Below are positions 8,806-18,168 of a stretch of DNA of 64,000 bases, piece after piece. Every line of letters begins with the position of its first letter. The stretch's first letter is position 1. Location of the stretch: positions 1 to 64,000 of the IMG/VR virus record IMGVR_UViG_3300011217_000001; one strand, written 5' to 3'. Origin of the DNA: a virus. Taxonomy: Duplodnaviria; Caudoviricetes. The position numbers and the translations under genes are program-made. The notes under the pieces were generated by a model. That model was not told the DNA's origin. It saw only the letters and a program-made list of their open reading frames with translations, and did no database searches.

Positions 8806-8859
8806 GGTGTTACTCCTTTGAGGGTTCTCATAGCTAAGTGGGTGTACTTCAGGTTTTAC

Positions 8860-8891
8860 GGCATACTGAGCAGACCCGAAGGCCTGCTCAG
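8860..8891 (-). terminator. GC hairpin plus TATGCC box
   Basis: CTGAGCAG...CTGCTCAG with GGCATA at 8860. Confidence 0.6.
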
Positions 8892-8903
8892 CACTTCTGG
8901 CTT

Positions 8904-9377
8904 TTACACCAGGGAGTTCAGGTAGTCAGTGGCTTCTTCGATGGTCGTGTAGACCTTGGCGCCACTACCGGCGAGCTGGTCATGTACGGCCAGCAGCTGT
9001 GCTGCATCGCCCTTGACTTCGGTGTCAGCAGCCTGCGGGGCAAGCAGCACGACAACAGTGTGGTCCGGATCAGCGTGTGCTTTGTTCAGCACGCGATGGA
9101 TCTCGGTGTAGTCCTGCCCATTGTCCAGCACGTACAGCTGGATGGGGTAGACCGGATTCTCTTCAGCAGCCTCAGCCAGTGCAGCCTGTTCCAGCTGCTG
9201 GGTTTCCATCGAAATGCTCTCAGCGGAGACTGCAGCGTCCAGGACGTACACCTTGCTCATCTGCAGGTGTTCGGCCAGGTACTTCTGCCAGGGGCTGTCT
9301 TCGTTCTGGACAGCATGGATGTCCACGCGGCTGGAGGCATCAGCGCTGGGGTCGAGCAGGGAGGAAAGGTCACGCAT
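8904..9377 (-). CDS. Hypothetical protein, possible nucleoside-deoxyribosyltransferase/flavodoxin-like fold
   Basis: GGAG RBS before ATG 9377; alternating beta/alpha pattern ending GAKVYTTIEEATDYLN. The fold is an inference. Confidence 0.55.
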   Translation of the reverse strand: MRDLSSLLDPSADASSRVDIHAVQNEDSPWQKYLAEHLQMSKVYVLDAAVSAESISMETQQLEQAALAEAAEENPVYPIQLYVLDNGQDYTEIHRVLNKAHADPDHTVVVLLAPQAADTEVKGDAAQLLAVHDQLAGSGAKVYTTIEEATDYLNSLV

Positions 9378-9416
9378 GTCAGACTCCAAAGGAATGGGTG
9401 AGTAAGCTACACAAGA

Positions 9417-9791
9417 TTAGCTGGCGGCTTGCTCACACACGGCAATCAAAGCTTCCAGCTGATCCAAGTACACCTGCAGGCTGGTAGCGCTGCGTGTGAT
9501 ACTGGGCTGGGGCATACAGTCGAGCAGTCGTTCGTAGGCGTGGTTAAGATACCGACGCTGGTCACTGTGCTCAGGTGCTTCTTTCAAGAGTTGGTATAAC
9601 TTCCGGTCAGCCAGTCGATAGGCTTTCATCCCGGTCTTGTACTCAACGTCATCCCCACGTTGATTGTTGAAGTAGGGTAACTTGAGGCTCTTCTTCAAGG
9701 CAGCTGGTTTAAGCTGCTTGTATACATCGACTTTACTTGACACGACTAGGTACTCATGGCTATCCACTGATTGGATCGTAGTATACCCCAA
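9417..9791 (-). CDS. Hypothetical protein (lower GC, start uncertain)
   Basis: 124-aa ORF with TTG start that fills the gap co-directionally. Confidence 0.55.
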   Translation of the reverse strand: MGYTTIQSVDSHEYLVVSSKVDVYKQLKPAALKKSLKLPYFNNQRGDDVEYKTGMKAYRLADRKLYQLLKEAPEHSDQRRYLNHAYERLLDCMPQPSITRSATSLQVYLDQLEALIAVCEQAAS

Positions 9792-9987
9792 CCCTATCAG
9801 TTTCTACTCCACTGGGCGCTAAGGGTCTTGTAGAGGGCATAGAAAGGTTTCTCGGAGGCTAGTAGCTACGCTACGCCTCCTCTACCCCGTCCCTAAAGTT
9901 TCTCGCATACCCCCTTCCTTTAAATGGTTTCCCCCGAAGAGAAAGTTCCATTCAGATAAAAGGGGTTAGGAGTAATTTTTTACTACA

Positions 9988-10038
9988 GACATAAAACCAC
10001 CAGGAAGGAGAGGACCGAAGTCCCCTCCTCCCCAGTGG
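9988..10038 (-). terminator. Hairpin plus TATGTC box
   Basis: GGAGAGGAC-cgaa-GTCCCCTCC with GACATA at 9988, after the stop at 10057. Confidence 0.55.
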
Positions 10039-10056
10039 AAGCACGCGTTGAAACGA

Positions 10057-11292
10057 TTACGCAGCCGGGCCTTCGGAGGCAGCAGCTTCTTCAGCGACTT
10101 CAGCAGCAGCCGGCGCCGAGGCCGGACGCGGACGAGCGCGGAAGGAAGCGAAGCGATCCAGGTAGGCGATCGCAGCTTCACCACGGGTAGCAGCTTCGAA
10201 CTCGGCGGTCAGGGCAGCGCCACCGACTTCCAGCACGTCCAGCATGGCCTGGTTGATTTCTTCGGTCACTTCTTCGTTGCCCTGCAGCAGCTCGAAGTGT
10301 TCGGAGATGGCCGTGGCCAGCTGGTCCGAGGCGGCCCAGGCGCCCGGGGTGTGCAGGGTGCCGAAGCGGGACTGGAAGTTGTAGCGGTTGGTCATGATCG
10401 AGGAGATCTTGCCACGCACGCGCGGGTCCAGACGACCCTCGACGTGATCAGCCTGCGCCTGACGCACTTCCATCTCGCGACGGATGCGCACGTTGTTCTG
10501 CAGGCTCTGGGTGGCGGCCAGGCGAACTTCGCCGATGGTTTCACCTTCCAGAGCGATCAGGCCTTCAGCCAGACCCTTCACCAGCTGGTCTTCGGTCTCG
10601 TAGTTGTTCGGGCTGATGCCCAGGGCCTGGCAGTAGGCGCCACGCACCATTTCGTCGGTGGACATCAGTTCCGCGTACAGCCGTTCCAGGCGGGCTTCGG
10701 TTTCCACGGTGGTATCGATGATGACGGCATCGATGCGCTCCAGGGTGGATTCCTGCTCGTCGGTGACCAGCGACTCGTCGGCCAGCTCGGCCAGTTCCGG
10801 GTAGAACTCGGTCAGGTGAGCGGCCAGCTTTTCCTGGGCTTCCTGCGAGTACTCGTCCGGGGTGCCGACCGAACCGGTCTGCGCCATGGCCACGAAGAAG
10901 CCGTTGTAGCTTTCTTCGCTCGGGTGGGTCAGGAAGCTGAGGACGGCTTCGCGGACCAGCGGATCGACTTCGCTCGGCTGAGCGGCGGTGTCGTTGGCGT
11001 CGGAGACGGTATCGCCAGCCGGAGCTTCGGTCAGCTCAGCCTGGGCACCGGTGACCGGCTCGTCTTCCTCGACGTCCACGCCGGCGGCAGCGACGGCTTC
11101 CGGGAAGCGCTGGCTGATGGTGTTGACCAGGTAGTCGTGATCGGCTTCGCTGTAGGTGATCACATCGACCGGACCTTCGACGTCCTTCAGGTCTTCCTTC
11201 AGGAAAGCGTCGTGGGTCTCCTTGCTCGGGTTGGCGAGGAAGGCAGCGGCCAGGGAGATCAGGGTTGCGTTGTTCTGGGTTTCGGTGTTCAT
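10057..11292 (-). CDS. Acidic Ala/Glu-rich protein with a duplicated N-terminal domain
   Basis: 411 aa, very strong codon bias, internal repeat FLxxPSxE...YS...(F/Y)PE. Confidence 0.85.
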   Translation of the reverse strand: MNTETQNNATLISLAAAFLANPSKETHDAFLKEDLKDVEGPVDVITYSEADHDYLVNTISQRFPEAVAAAGVDVEEDEPVTGAQAELTEAPAGDTVSDANDTAAQPSEVDPLVREAVLSFLTHPSEESYNGFFVAMAQTGSVGTPDEYSQEAQEKLAAHLTEFYPELAELADESLVTDEQESTLERIDAVIIDTTVETEARLERLYAELMSTDEMVRGAYCQALGISPNNYETEDQLVKGLAEGLIALEGETIGEVRLAATQSLQNNVRIRREMEVRQAQADHVEGRLDPRVRGKISSIMTNRYNFQSRFGTLHTPGAWAASDQLATAISEHFELLQGNEEVTEEINQAMLDVLEVGGAALTAEFEAATRGEAAIAYLDRFASFRARPRPASAPAAAEVAEEAAASEGPAA

Positions 11293-11499
11293 TGTGCTTT
11301 TTGTGCTCTTGTTGATGGGACGGTTACTGCGGGATCAGAACGCTCTGGAACGCCCTGTAGGAGATGCGGGGATAGTTGTACGAGCAACCATCAGTCGCCA
11401 AATCAAAGTCCCCTAGAGGACGCTACAGGACGCCAGAACGTATCTAAGTATTTACACCCAGATGATAGCTTATGGGTGTAATGGTTTACTGCTGATTGC

Positions 11500-11661
11500 T
11501 CAGATGGCCGGTGCGGCGGATTCACCACCACCGAGGTCCGGCATCGTGGTCTCCCCGTCAACGACCGTGTGGTCGGTGCCACCCTTCTCTTCAGTGAGCA
11601 GGGTATAAGCAACGGCGCCAACAGCCACGACGCCGGCAACAGCCAGGAGGGATTTGAACAT
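11500..11661 (-). CDS. 53-aa single-TM microprotein (not in the ORF track)
   Basis: MFKSLLAVAGVVAVGAVAYTLLTEEKGGTDHTVVDGETTMPDLGGGESAAPAI*, first ORF after the TATATTAC promoter. Confidence 0.65.
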   Translation of the reverse strand: MFKSLLAVAGVVAVGAVAYTLLTEEKGGTDHTVVDGETTMPDLGGGESAAPAI

Positions 11662-11740
11662 TATGAATTACTCGATATGTGGAATTGCGAAGAAGGACAT
11701 TCGAGCGGAGAACTATGTTTCAAGTCATGCGCTCACAAGG

Positions 11741-11769
11741 GTAATATAGAGTTCAAAAGATTTCCGATC
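11741..11769 (-). promoter_or_regulatory. Candidate early (virion RNAP) promoter
   Basis: Minus strand reads GATC-N8-TTTGAACTC-TATATTAC; TATATTAC is the described phiKZ early promoter core. Confidence 0.7.
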
Positions 11770-11809
11770 CCATTTTATGCACCCCCCTTAGAAAACACGG
11801 TAGGCGAAC

Positions 11810-13030
11810 ATGGCCGAGTCACTGAAGACGGTCTTTGCAGATGTTTGCAAGGACGTCAAGATTGATCTGGCGCTGATGAAGCGCATTCACCGATTCCGCA
11901 TTGAGTTCGCCACCAAGAACCCTGACCATGTCAAGTTCCTCGGTTCGAACTTGCTGGGTCACTACCCGTTCCGCTTCCGTGACGAACAGCGAGCGGAATG
12001 GTTCGACGACATCCTGAACATCGACGAAGAAGAACTGCGCAGCCGTATCGTCGCGCTGCCCACGATCAACGAAGATTTCGTTCGAATCACTGACGCCATG
12101 AACCAGAGCTGCTGCTGGTTGGTCAGTGCGATCTATCACTCCAAGCTGCCCGCCTCCCAGAAGGAGACGGGCATGAAGGATGTGCTGACGATCCTGCAGT
12201 ACAAGTTCCTCAGCTCCATCATGGCACACAACTTCAAGTTCCCCAGCGATCTGGCGGTAGCGCAGGCAACGGCTGCTGCGATGACGCGCAAGTTCCTGCT
12301 GAAGATCGTTGGCAGCTGGGGAGCCCTGATCGATTTTCGTACGGACGACATCTTGTCCAAAACCTCGGTGCATCACGACACCATCGTAAAGCACGGTCCT
12401 GACGCCGCCGTGGGTTACATGATCACCGATATCCAGCAGCGTCTGCGTGAGTACGTGAAGAACTTGACGGAACTGTTCTACGAGGTGCGTGCCAGTGGCA
12501 ACACCTTGCGGTCCACGTCCTCGACGGTTGAGTTGAACGGACAAGTGATCGTGAAGGACAAGCAACGCACCTACACGACCTACACCCGCTACCTCCACGA
12601 CGTAATTGGCGATCGCCCCACCTTCATCCGTTCGGAGCTGGTGCAGGTGATCATCTCGTCGATGCGCACCACTCCGCAGAAACTGCTTGAGGAGGCGCTC
12701 ACCTGGATCTCGGATAACCACCGAGTACCGGGTGTGCCCGAAGTCGAGCAGCTTGTTGATGAGACTCTTGTCCACGCGTACAGCGTTGTGCTCAACGACA
12801 AGACTCTGGCCAACAGCGGCTCGATCCTTGTTCCTTTGATCGCTCGGCTGAGAGCGCTCTACATGGCGTCCAGGATGGTTGATCCGTCGCTTCTGAAAAT
12901 GAAAGCCCTCTCCGACAAGGTTGTCAGGCAGGCTGTGAAAACGCGAAACGAGAGCGTGATCTCTTCGGTACGGACGTCGGTGATGTTGTACCTCGTCCTG
13001 CGGGCGTTCGCCAAGGAGCATTACTCGTAG
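11810..13030 (+). CDS. Virion structural protein (phiKZ gp32-like)
   Basis: 406 aa; FLGSNLLG, KFLLKIVGSWG and LYMASR motifs recalled from this conserved family. Confidence 0.65.
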   Translation: MAESLKTVFADVCKDVKIDLALMKRIHRFRIEFATKNPDHVKFLGSNLLGHYPFRFRDEQRAEWFDDILNIDEEELRSRIVALPTINEDFVRITDAMNQSCCWLVSAIYHSKLPASQKETGMKDVLTILQYKFLSSIMAHNFKFPSDLAVAQATAAAMTRKFLLKIVGSWGALIDFRTDDILSKTSVHHDTIVKHGPDAAVGYMITDIQQRLREYVKNLTELFYEVRASGNTLRSTSSTVELNGQVIVKDKQRTYTTYTRYLHDVIGDRPTFIRSELVQVIISSMRTTPQKLLEEALTWISDNHRVPGVPEVEQLVDETLVHAYSVVLNDKTLANSGSILVPLIARLRALYMASRMVDPSLLKMKALSDKVVRQAVKTRNESVISSVRTSVMLYLVLRAFAKEHYS

Positions 13031-13060
13031 TAGGCAGTACCAACCCCAAGGCAGGCCCCG

Positions 13061-13483
13061 ATGAAGTTCTTCCTCTTCTACTTGGGTGTGTTGTGCCACC
13101 ACGTAACAGGCAGATCCCATACGCAAACGTATCAACGATCCAATGAGGCTTCCACAAAGAAGTTCTCGATCGGCACCGAGGGAGTCTTGGAGCTGACGGT
13201 CGTGTGCAAGCGTATCGTCTATCGCACTACCTACGACAGATGGTGGATTCCATCCAGTCGCAAGAGTGTGTTCGTGGTATCAGGCATGGTTTCCGGCTCT
13301 CAGGCCGACCGTGTCGACCCACAGTGTATGGAGCCCGTCACCTACCCAATGATGAGCAACTGGTTCCTGAAATGGAGCGAGTATCCGCACTACCTGGCGA
13401 TCAACGCCTACCTCGACCGTGTGATCCGGCAATTGCGCCGGGACAATCTCGATGGCGAGATTCGAGAGATAGTGGCGATGTAA
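13061..13483 (+). CDS. Hypothetical protein
   Basis: 140-aa ORF ending at a bidirectional hairpin. Confidence 0.6.
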   Translation: MKFFLFYLGVLCHHVTGRSHTQTYQRSNEASTKKFSIGTEGVLELTVVCKRIVYRTTYDRWWIPSSRKSVFVVSGMVSGSQADRVDPQCMEPVTYPMMSNWFLKWSEYPHYLAINAYLDRVIRQLRRDNLDGEIREIVAM

Positions 13484-13485
13484 AC

Positions 13486-13529
13486 GGCATAGAGGCAGGG
13501 CTCGCGCCCTGCCTCTATGTTTCTATGCC
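13486..13529. terminator. Bidirectional hairpin flanked by GGCATA and TATGTT/TATGCC
   Basis: CATAGAGGCAGGGC-tcgc-GCCCTGCCTCTATG between convergent genes. Confidence 0.7.
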
Positions 13530-14347
13530 CTCAGTTGGGCGAGGTAGTAACCGTACTGGTCAACCGCCTGCCCGACGCTGGAGACAGCCGTGGTCTGGAA
13601 GGTGGACTCTTCGACAGCCAACGTAATCGTGCGCGGGAACTTGATGCCTGAAGGATCGTGCTCCACTACACCGATCGGGGAAACCAATCGGCAGGTGTAG
13701 CGACGGGTGCGATCATGGAGTTTGACCAGACCGAGATGGTTGATCGGGAAGACGTCCTCAACGGCAATCTCCACGTTCACTTTCTCAGGAGGCATGTGGT
13801 CGGTCTCAGGAATGTGACCATATCCACGAACCAACTGAACTTTCTCGATGTGGTACTCGTGATGACCGTCATCTTCGATCTGGAAATTGAAGCCAGTACC
13901 TTTTCGCTCACCGTCGAACCGTCGGAAGTGCACCTTCACCTCGAAGAAGCCAGAGGTGTAGTAAACGATCTTCCAGCAGTAGTCCTTGGCACCGCGCAAT
14001 ATCAACTTGCGGAACTTGGACAAGCCGACATCAAGTGATATCTGGAGTGAGAAGAGATAGGGGATGGAGACGTGCAACGTGTAAGCGTCTTCCGTATCCG
14101 GTCGCAGGGTCAGGTTGATACCCAGACGATTACCGACCTTGAAGAAGTTCCAGAACGCAGAGAACTCCTCCAAGTGCCCGGGTACAAGTCGGCCGAAGCC
14201 GACCCACACATGTCCCTTATCCCGAGCAAAGCCCCAGCCGAACCCACGCAGGATTGCCATGAGCAATCGGACCACGGTCAACAGTGGCCAGAAGATCAGT
14301 GACAACACTGATGTTGGTTTCTTCAGTACCTGTGCCCAGCGATCCAT
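13523..14347 (-). CDS. Hypothetical protein with N-terminal hydrophobic segment
   Basis: 274 aa, GGAG RBS, hydrophobic stretch VLSLIFWPLLTVVRLLMAIL. Confidence 0.7.
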   Translation of the reverse strand: MDRWAQVLKKPTSVLSLIFWPLLTVVRLLMAILRGFGWGFARDKGHVWVGFGRLVPGHLEEFSAFWNFFKVGNRLGINLTLRPDTEDAYTLHVSIPYLFSLQISLDVGLSKFRKLILRGAKDYCWKIVYYTSGFFEVKVHFRRFDGERKGTGFNFQIEDDGHHEYHIEKVQLVRGYGHIPETDHMPPEKVNVEIAVEDVFPINHLGLVKLHDRTRRYTCRLVSPIGVVEHDPSGIKFPRTITLAVEESTFQTTAVSSVGQAVDQYGYYLAQLRA

Positions 14348-14390
14348 TACAACTCTCCTGTTCTAAATGCACTACAAGGGTTCATACAGA

Positions 14391-16610
14391 TCAGCTTCGC
14401 CAGACCGCCAACTCACGCAGCGGATCGGCACGCCTCCCACGAAGACCATTGCGCAGCGTATCAGAATCGATTGGTCGACGGCGAGAGATTGCATCGGACT
14501 TCAGACTGACGCCTCGCGAGTCCTCGCTACTACGCAGCAGTTCATCCACACTGGTTGCGTCAACATCAGACACCACCACACGGCTCTGGAGAACCTTCAG
14601 GCGATGAGACAGCTTGGCTTCAAGCATCGGGTCACGGATGCTCTTCAGGCGATCTGCCAGCTCATCGATCTCCTTCTGGATATCCTGCTGCTCCTCCTGC
14701 TGACGCACTTCCTCGTGACGCAAGGCGCGACCAGTGTTGGAAACGGCACGACGCAGCAGCTTGGTCGGGATACCGTAGTACTCCAGGTTACGACCGTACT
14801 GAGCCAGCCAGTGGTTGAGCAGCCAGGAGATGACCATGTCGTCATGCCCACCGGCGGCATGATCCAGTCGGCCATTCTTGATGACCAACGAACGGATCTC
14901 GTTGGACAGCGTCTTGTCGATGACGCCATCGCAGCAGTTGCGGGCTGCTTCCTGAAGCACGTCTCCGTACAGCAGGTCACGGCTGCTCTTGGTGGTGACA
15001 AAGCCGAACAGCTCCTTGTACTTGGAGTAGAACTCCACGCTGCGGTGCGTCTCCGGCGTACGCCAGACTTCCTCGAAGCGATCACGCTTCTCAGAGGCTT
15101 CATCGACCACACGGTTGAACAGGCGCTTGAAGGGATCCATCCCCATCTTCGGCAGCAGCATCAGCAGCATGTCCAGCACCGACTGACCCGAACCCTTACG
15201 CTCGATGATCAGCGTCATGTTCGGATACTTCTTCAGCAGGTGTGCCACGTAGGTGGCGTACTGGAGCAGGTTGGTCTTGTTGTACGTACCAGCAGCAGCG
15301 GTGGCCATGTTGTACGCGTTGGACACCACCAGACCGATGCCGTCACGTCCGATCGCATCGGAGGTATCCATACCCGACAGGAAGTGACTGTTGTCGTGGA
15401 CGTACATGAAGTCTTCGGAGTCGAAGTACTTGCGCAGTGCGTAACGACCCTCACGATGGATCTCGTTCTCCACGATCTCCATTTCGCTCAGACGGATGGC
15501 CTCGTTCTGTGCGGGAGTCAGCGGCGAGCTCTGCGTACCAGAGGTCCAGATGTTCAGGTAGTCGCGGTCAGCCGCTTCACCGGAGATCTTGGCCTTGGCC
15601 ATTGCCACGTGCAACCATTCGTCGGTCAGACCCAGCTGACGATGGGACATGGTGATGTTCAGCAGCGGAGAGACCTTATCGCGACCGTTGGCCTTGACAG
15701 TCTCAATCAGCTCGGCGTTGTTCGTGCAGTCGAAGTAAGCCTCGTTCCACACCGTACCGCCCATCAGCACGTCGTAGATGAAGCCGCCATCGCGGTCGTC
15801 CTTTCGGCCCGCAGTCGTTGTGTAGATGATGCCCGAGGGCTGGCCATTCTTTCGGGCGTTCTCTCGTGCCGCGTTACCCGAGGAGATGGCCACCGGCAGA
15901 GTGATGCCGATGTAGTCAACGTACGGCGGCTCATCGAAGTGCAGAACCGGCACGGTCAGACCACGACCCAGCTTGTCAGCACCCTTGGGGTCGCCCTGCG
16001 ACACGCCGGTGCTGTAGCGATTACCCAGCGCCATGTAGCTGATCTCTTCGCTGTTGTTGGCATCAGCGGCAGAGCGTTCCAGCATCCACGGCGGCAGTTC
16101 ATCGCGGAAGGTTTTGAGTCGGTCGATATTGGCCTTGCGCAGCGCATGATCCTTCGTGATCAGATACATGCGGGTATTGCGCGCACCGATGTACACGATC
16201 CAAGTGGACAGGGCGTCAGTTGAAACCGACTTGCCGGTCTGTCGCGGCTGAATCAGGAAGCAGTCGATGTTGTTGAAGAAGCTCCAGTACAGCGCCATGT
16301 TGCCACGGTTGGCGCGTAGCGGCACAGCCTCCGGTTCACCCTGAGGCGGCACTCGGACAACTTCACGGAAGAAGTACATCGGATTGAACTTGCACTCGCG
16401 GCTGATCATCAGCTTGATCTCCGGATCGAGGTCCGGATCGTGTGCGTTCACTCCAGACAGCTCCGGCTGCATGAGCGCCAGATGCCAGTGGTAGTTCTGG
16501 ATTCCCATGGCCTTGTACTTGGAGGCCATCTTCAGGAAGCTTTCGTTCGTCGTGTTGTAGTCTGGGATGGGGTTGTAATACTTGTCCCAGTCCTCTTTGA
16601 ACAAAATCAT
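14391..16610 (-). CDS. terL: Terminase large subunit (phiKZ gp25-like)
   Basis: Walker A QPRQTGKS, Walker B LHFDE, coupling motif YTTTAG, nuclease residues GMDTSD and GGHDDMV; likely start MILF at 16610. Confidence 0.93.
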   Translation of the reverse strand: MILFKEDWDKYYNPIPDYNTTNESFLKMASKYKAMGIQNYHWHLALMQPELSGVNAHDPDLDPEIKLMISRECKFNPMYFFREVVRVPPQGEPEAVPLRANRGNMALYWSFFNNIDCFLIQPRQTGKSVSTDALSTWIVYIGARNTRMYLITKDHALRKANIDRLKTFRDELPPWMLERSAADANNSEEISYMALGNRYSTGVSQGDPKGADKLGRGLTVPVLHFDEPPYVDYIGITLPVAISSGNAARENARKNGQPSGIIYTTTAGRKDDRDGGFIYDVLMGGTVWNEAYFDCTNNAELIETVKANGRDKVSPLLNITMSHRQLGLTDEWLHVAMAKAKISGEAADRDYLNIWTSGTQSSPLTPAQNEAIRLSEMEIVENEIHREGRYALRKYFDSEDFMYVHDNSHFLSGMDTSDAIGRDGIGLVVSNAYNMATAAAGTYNKTNLLQYATYVAHLLKKYPNMTLIIERKGSGQSVLDMLLMLLPKMGMDPFKRLFNRVVDEASEKRDRFEEVWRTPETHRSVEFYSKYKELFGFVTTKSSRDLLYGDVLQEAARNCCDGVIDKTLSNEIRSLVIKNGRLDHAAGGHDDMVISWLLNHWLAQYGRNLEYYGIPTKLLRRAVSNTGRALRHEEVRQQEEQQDIQKEIDELADRLKSIRDPMLEAKLSHRLKVLQSRVVVSDVDATSVDELLRSSEDSRGVSLKSDAISRRRPIDSDTLRNGLRGRRADPLRELAVWRS

Positions 16611-16694
16611 AGCCAGACACCAAAAAAATAAGTCCCATAGAATCTCCCGCCCCACCCACCTTTCGGTGAGCAGAGCGGGATCTCCTAAGGAAAC

Positions 16695-17036
16695 TTATCG
16701 GCCGAATGTGAAGTACACGGTGTGGGAGCTGAAGCGCAGCAGCACACAGGCGATCGCGGAGATGAGCGGCCACAGCAGGATCTTGTCGTAGCCGTAGTTG
16801 TAGTCATCGTAGATGAAGTAGAACGCGATACCACCCAGGACGATCCAGAGCCAGCAACTCAGCAGAACACCGAACCAGAAGAGCAACGGCCGACTATTTG
16901 CGTCTTTGACCTCCCCAAGGAAAGTACCTGGCAGCATGCTGGCCGTCGAAATGATGCGGGAGCGTTCGCTGAGCAGACGCAGTGCCTTGAAGGTAAGGTA
17001 GACGCCTGCAATGATGCTGAAGATGAAAATGGACAT
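16695..17036 (-). CDS. Membrane protein (3 predicted TM)
   Basis: Start MSIFIFSII at 17036 avoids overlap with the upstream gene; three hydrophobic segments. Confidence 0.7.
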   Translation of the reverse strand: MSIFIFSIIAGVYLTFKALRLLSERSRIISTASMLPGTFLGEVKDANSRPLLFWFGVLLSCWLWIVLGGIAFYFIYDDYNYGYDKILLWPLISAIACVLLRFSSHTVYFTFGR

Positions 17037-17053
17037 GTTTGCTTGAAGCTCCG

Positions 17054-17422
17054 TTATGCGGTCGTTGAAACTCGGGTCGAGCACCAGGTACGATAACCCA
17101 CCATGCTCAGGATGGGGTAAAGAGAAATGCCGCTCGGGATCAGGACGATCCACGAGCGGCTCCAGAATATCGCGATGAGCAATGGAACCAAAATGCCCCA
17201 AGCGATCAGAGCGAAGAAGACACCATTCCAAACGATGCCATGTGCACGGTAACGCTTGTCACCATGATCGATGGCCAGGGTCGACCTGGTCCAGAATGTG
17301 TCGATGCTCCGACTGGCCTTACTCTTGTTCCACGTGCGGGTCATGACCCAGCCCCAGAACAGCAGTGGGATGGATGCAACAGCAGCGAACAGCACGTCAA
17401 ACAGATTGATTACAAACATCAC
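17054..17422 (-). CDS. Membrane protein (3 predicted TM)
   Basis: 122 aa, AAGGA RBS, three hydrophobic segments. Confidence 0.7.
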   Translation of the reverse strand: MMFVINLFDVLFAAVASIPLLFWGWVMTRTWNKSKASRSIDTFWTRSTLAIDHGDKRYRAHGIVWNGVFFALIAWGILVPLLIAIFWSRSWIVLIPSGISLYPILSMVGYRTWCSTRVSTTA

Positions 17423-17441
17423 GGTTCCTTTTGCGATTGGT

Positions 17442-17681
17442 TTACAGGTAGTGGAACTGCGGAGGCTCTTCGAAGAAGTGCTCGTGGATCAGGGCGCCGG
17501 CGATGATGCCAACGCCCAGCAGTACGATACCACCAGCTACGACGGCTGCCGGGTCGTCTTCCCAGGCGCGCTGAACGAAGTTCTTGCGCGGGGCGACCTT
17601 GGCCGGAACGTGGATGGGTGCGGTCGGTGCATCAACAACGCGAACCAGTCGCAGCTGGCTCGGAGTGACTTGCGAAGCCAT
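17442..17681 (-). CDS. Small single-TM protein
   Basis: 79 aa, GGAG RBS, AAVVAGGIVLLGVGIIAGALI. Confidence 0.7.
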   Translation of the reverse strand: MASQVTPSQLRLVRVVDAPTAPIHVPAKVAPRKNFVQRAWEDDPAAVVAGGIVLLGVGIIAGALIHEHFFEEPPQFHYL

Positions 17682-17693
17682 AGCGGCTATCTC

Positions 17694-18056
17694 CTACAAG
17701 TGGAAACGATGGGAAATGGGGTTGAGGCGTTGGTGACGAATGCCCCTTGCGTGACCCAATGTAATTACCGTGGTAACTGCAAAGTTGATCACAAGTACCG
17801 CATGAACGTAAATCGAAAGTATAGCCAAGATTGTTGCCAGTGTGGCGACTACGAAGTATCCGACTTCGACGTACACCATTTGTTGCTCCCCCTTCAGATA
17901 CTCCCCGCCACTATAATCGAAATGATGGTGATCGTGCCCTCTCAGTCGCCAGTAGATGTGATTGGCCCAGCTGTAGATGTTTGCGGCATTGAAGCCAACC
18001 GCAGCCACCGTGAAAATGATTAGGATGGTCGTCAGGATAATCACGTGTTTCTCCAT
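17694..18056 (-). CDS. His-rich membrane protein (3 predicted TM)
   Basis: 120 aa, GHDHHHF loop, first gene after an early promoter. Confidence 0.65.
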   Translation of the reverse strand: MEKHVIILTTILIIFTVAAVGFNAANIYSWANHIYWRLRGHDHHHFDYSGGEYLKGEQQMVYVEVGYFVVATLATILAILSIYVHAVLVINFAVTTVITLGHARGIRHQRLNPISHRFHL

Positions 18057-18090
18057 TGGTTGTTCGGATTACAAAGGTTATTGCAGTAAG

Positions 18091-18119
18091 GTGATATAGG
18101 GTTGAAAGATATTGGAATC
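18091..18119 (-). promoter_or_regulatory. Candidate early (virion RNAP) promoter
   Basis: Minus strand reads GATT-N8-TTTCAACCC-TATATCAC. Confidence 0.65.
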
Positions 18120-18121
18120 AC

Positions 18122-18159
18122 GGCATAAAGGGAGGGGCCGAAGCCCCTCCCGATATGTC
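18122..18159 (-). terminator. Hairpin flanked by GGCATA and TATGTC after the tail tube gene
   Basis: GGGAGGGGC-cgaa-GCCCCTCCC. Confidence 0.7.
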
Positions 18160-18168
18160 CAACCCAAG

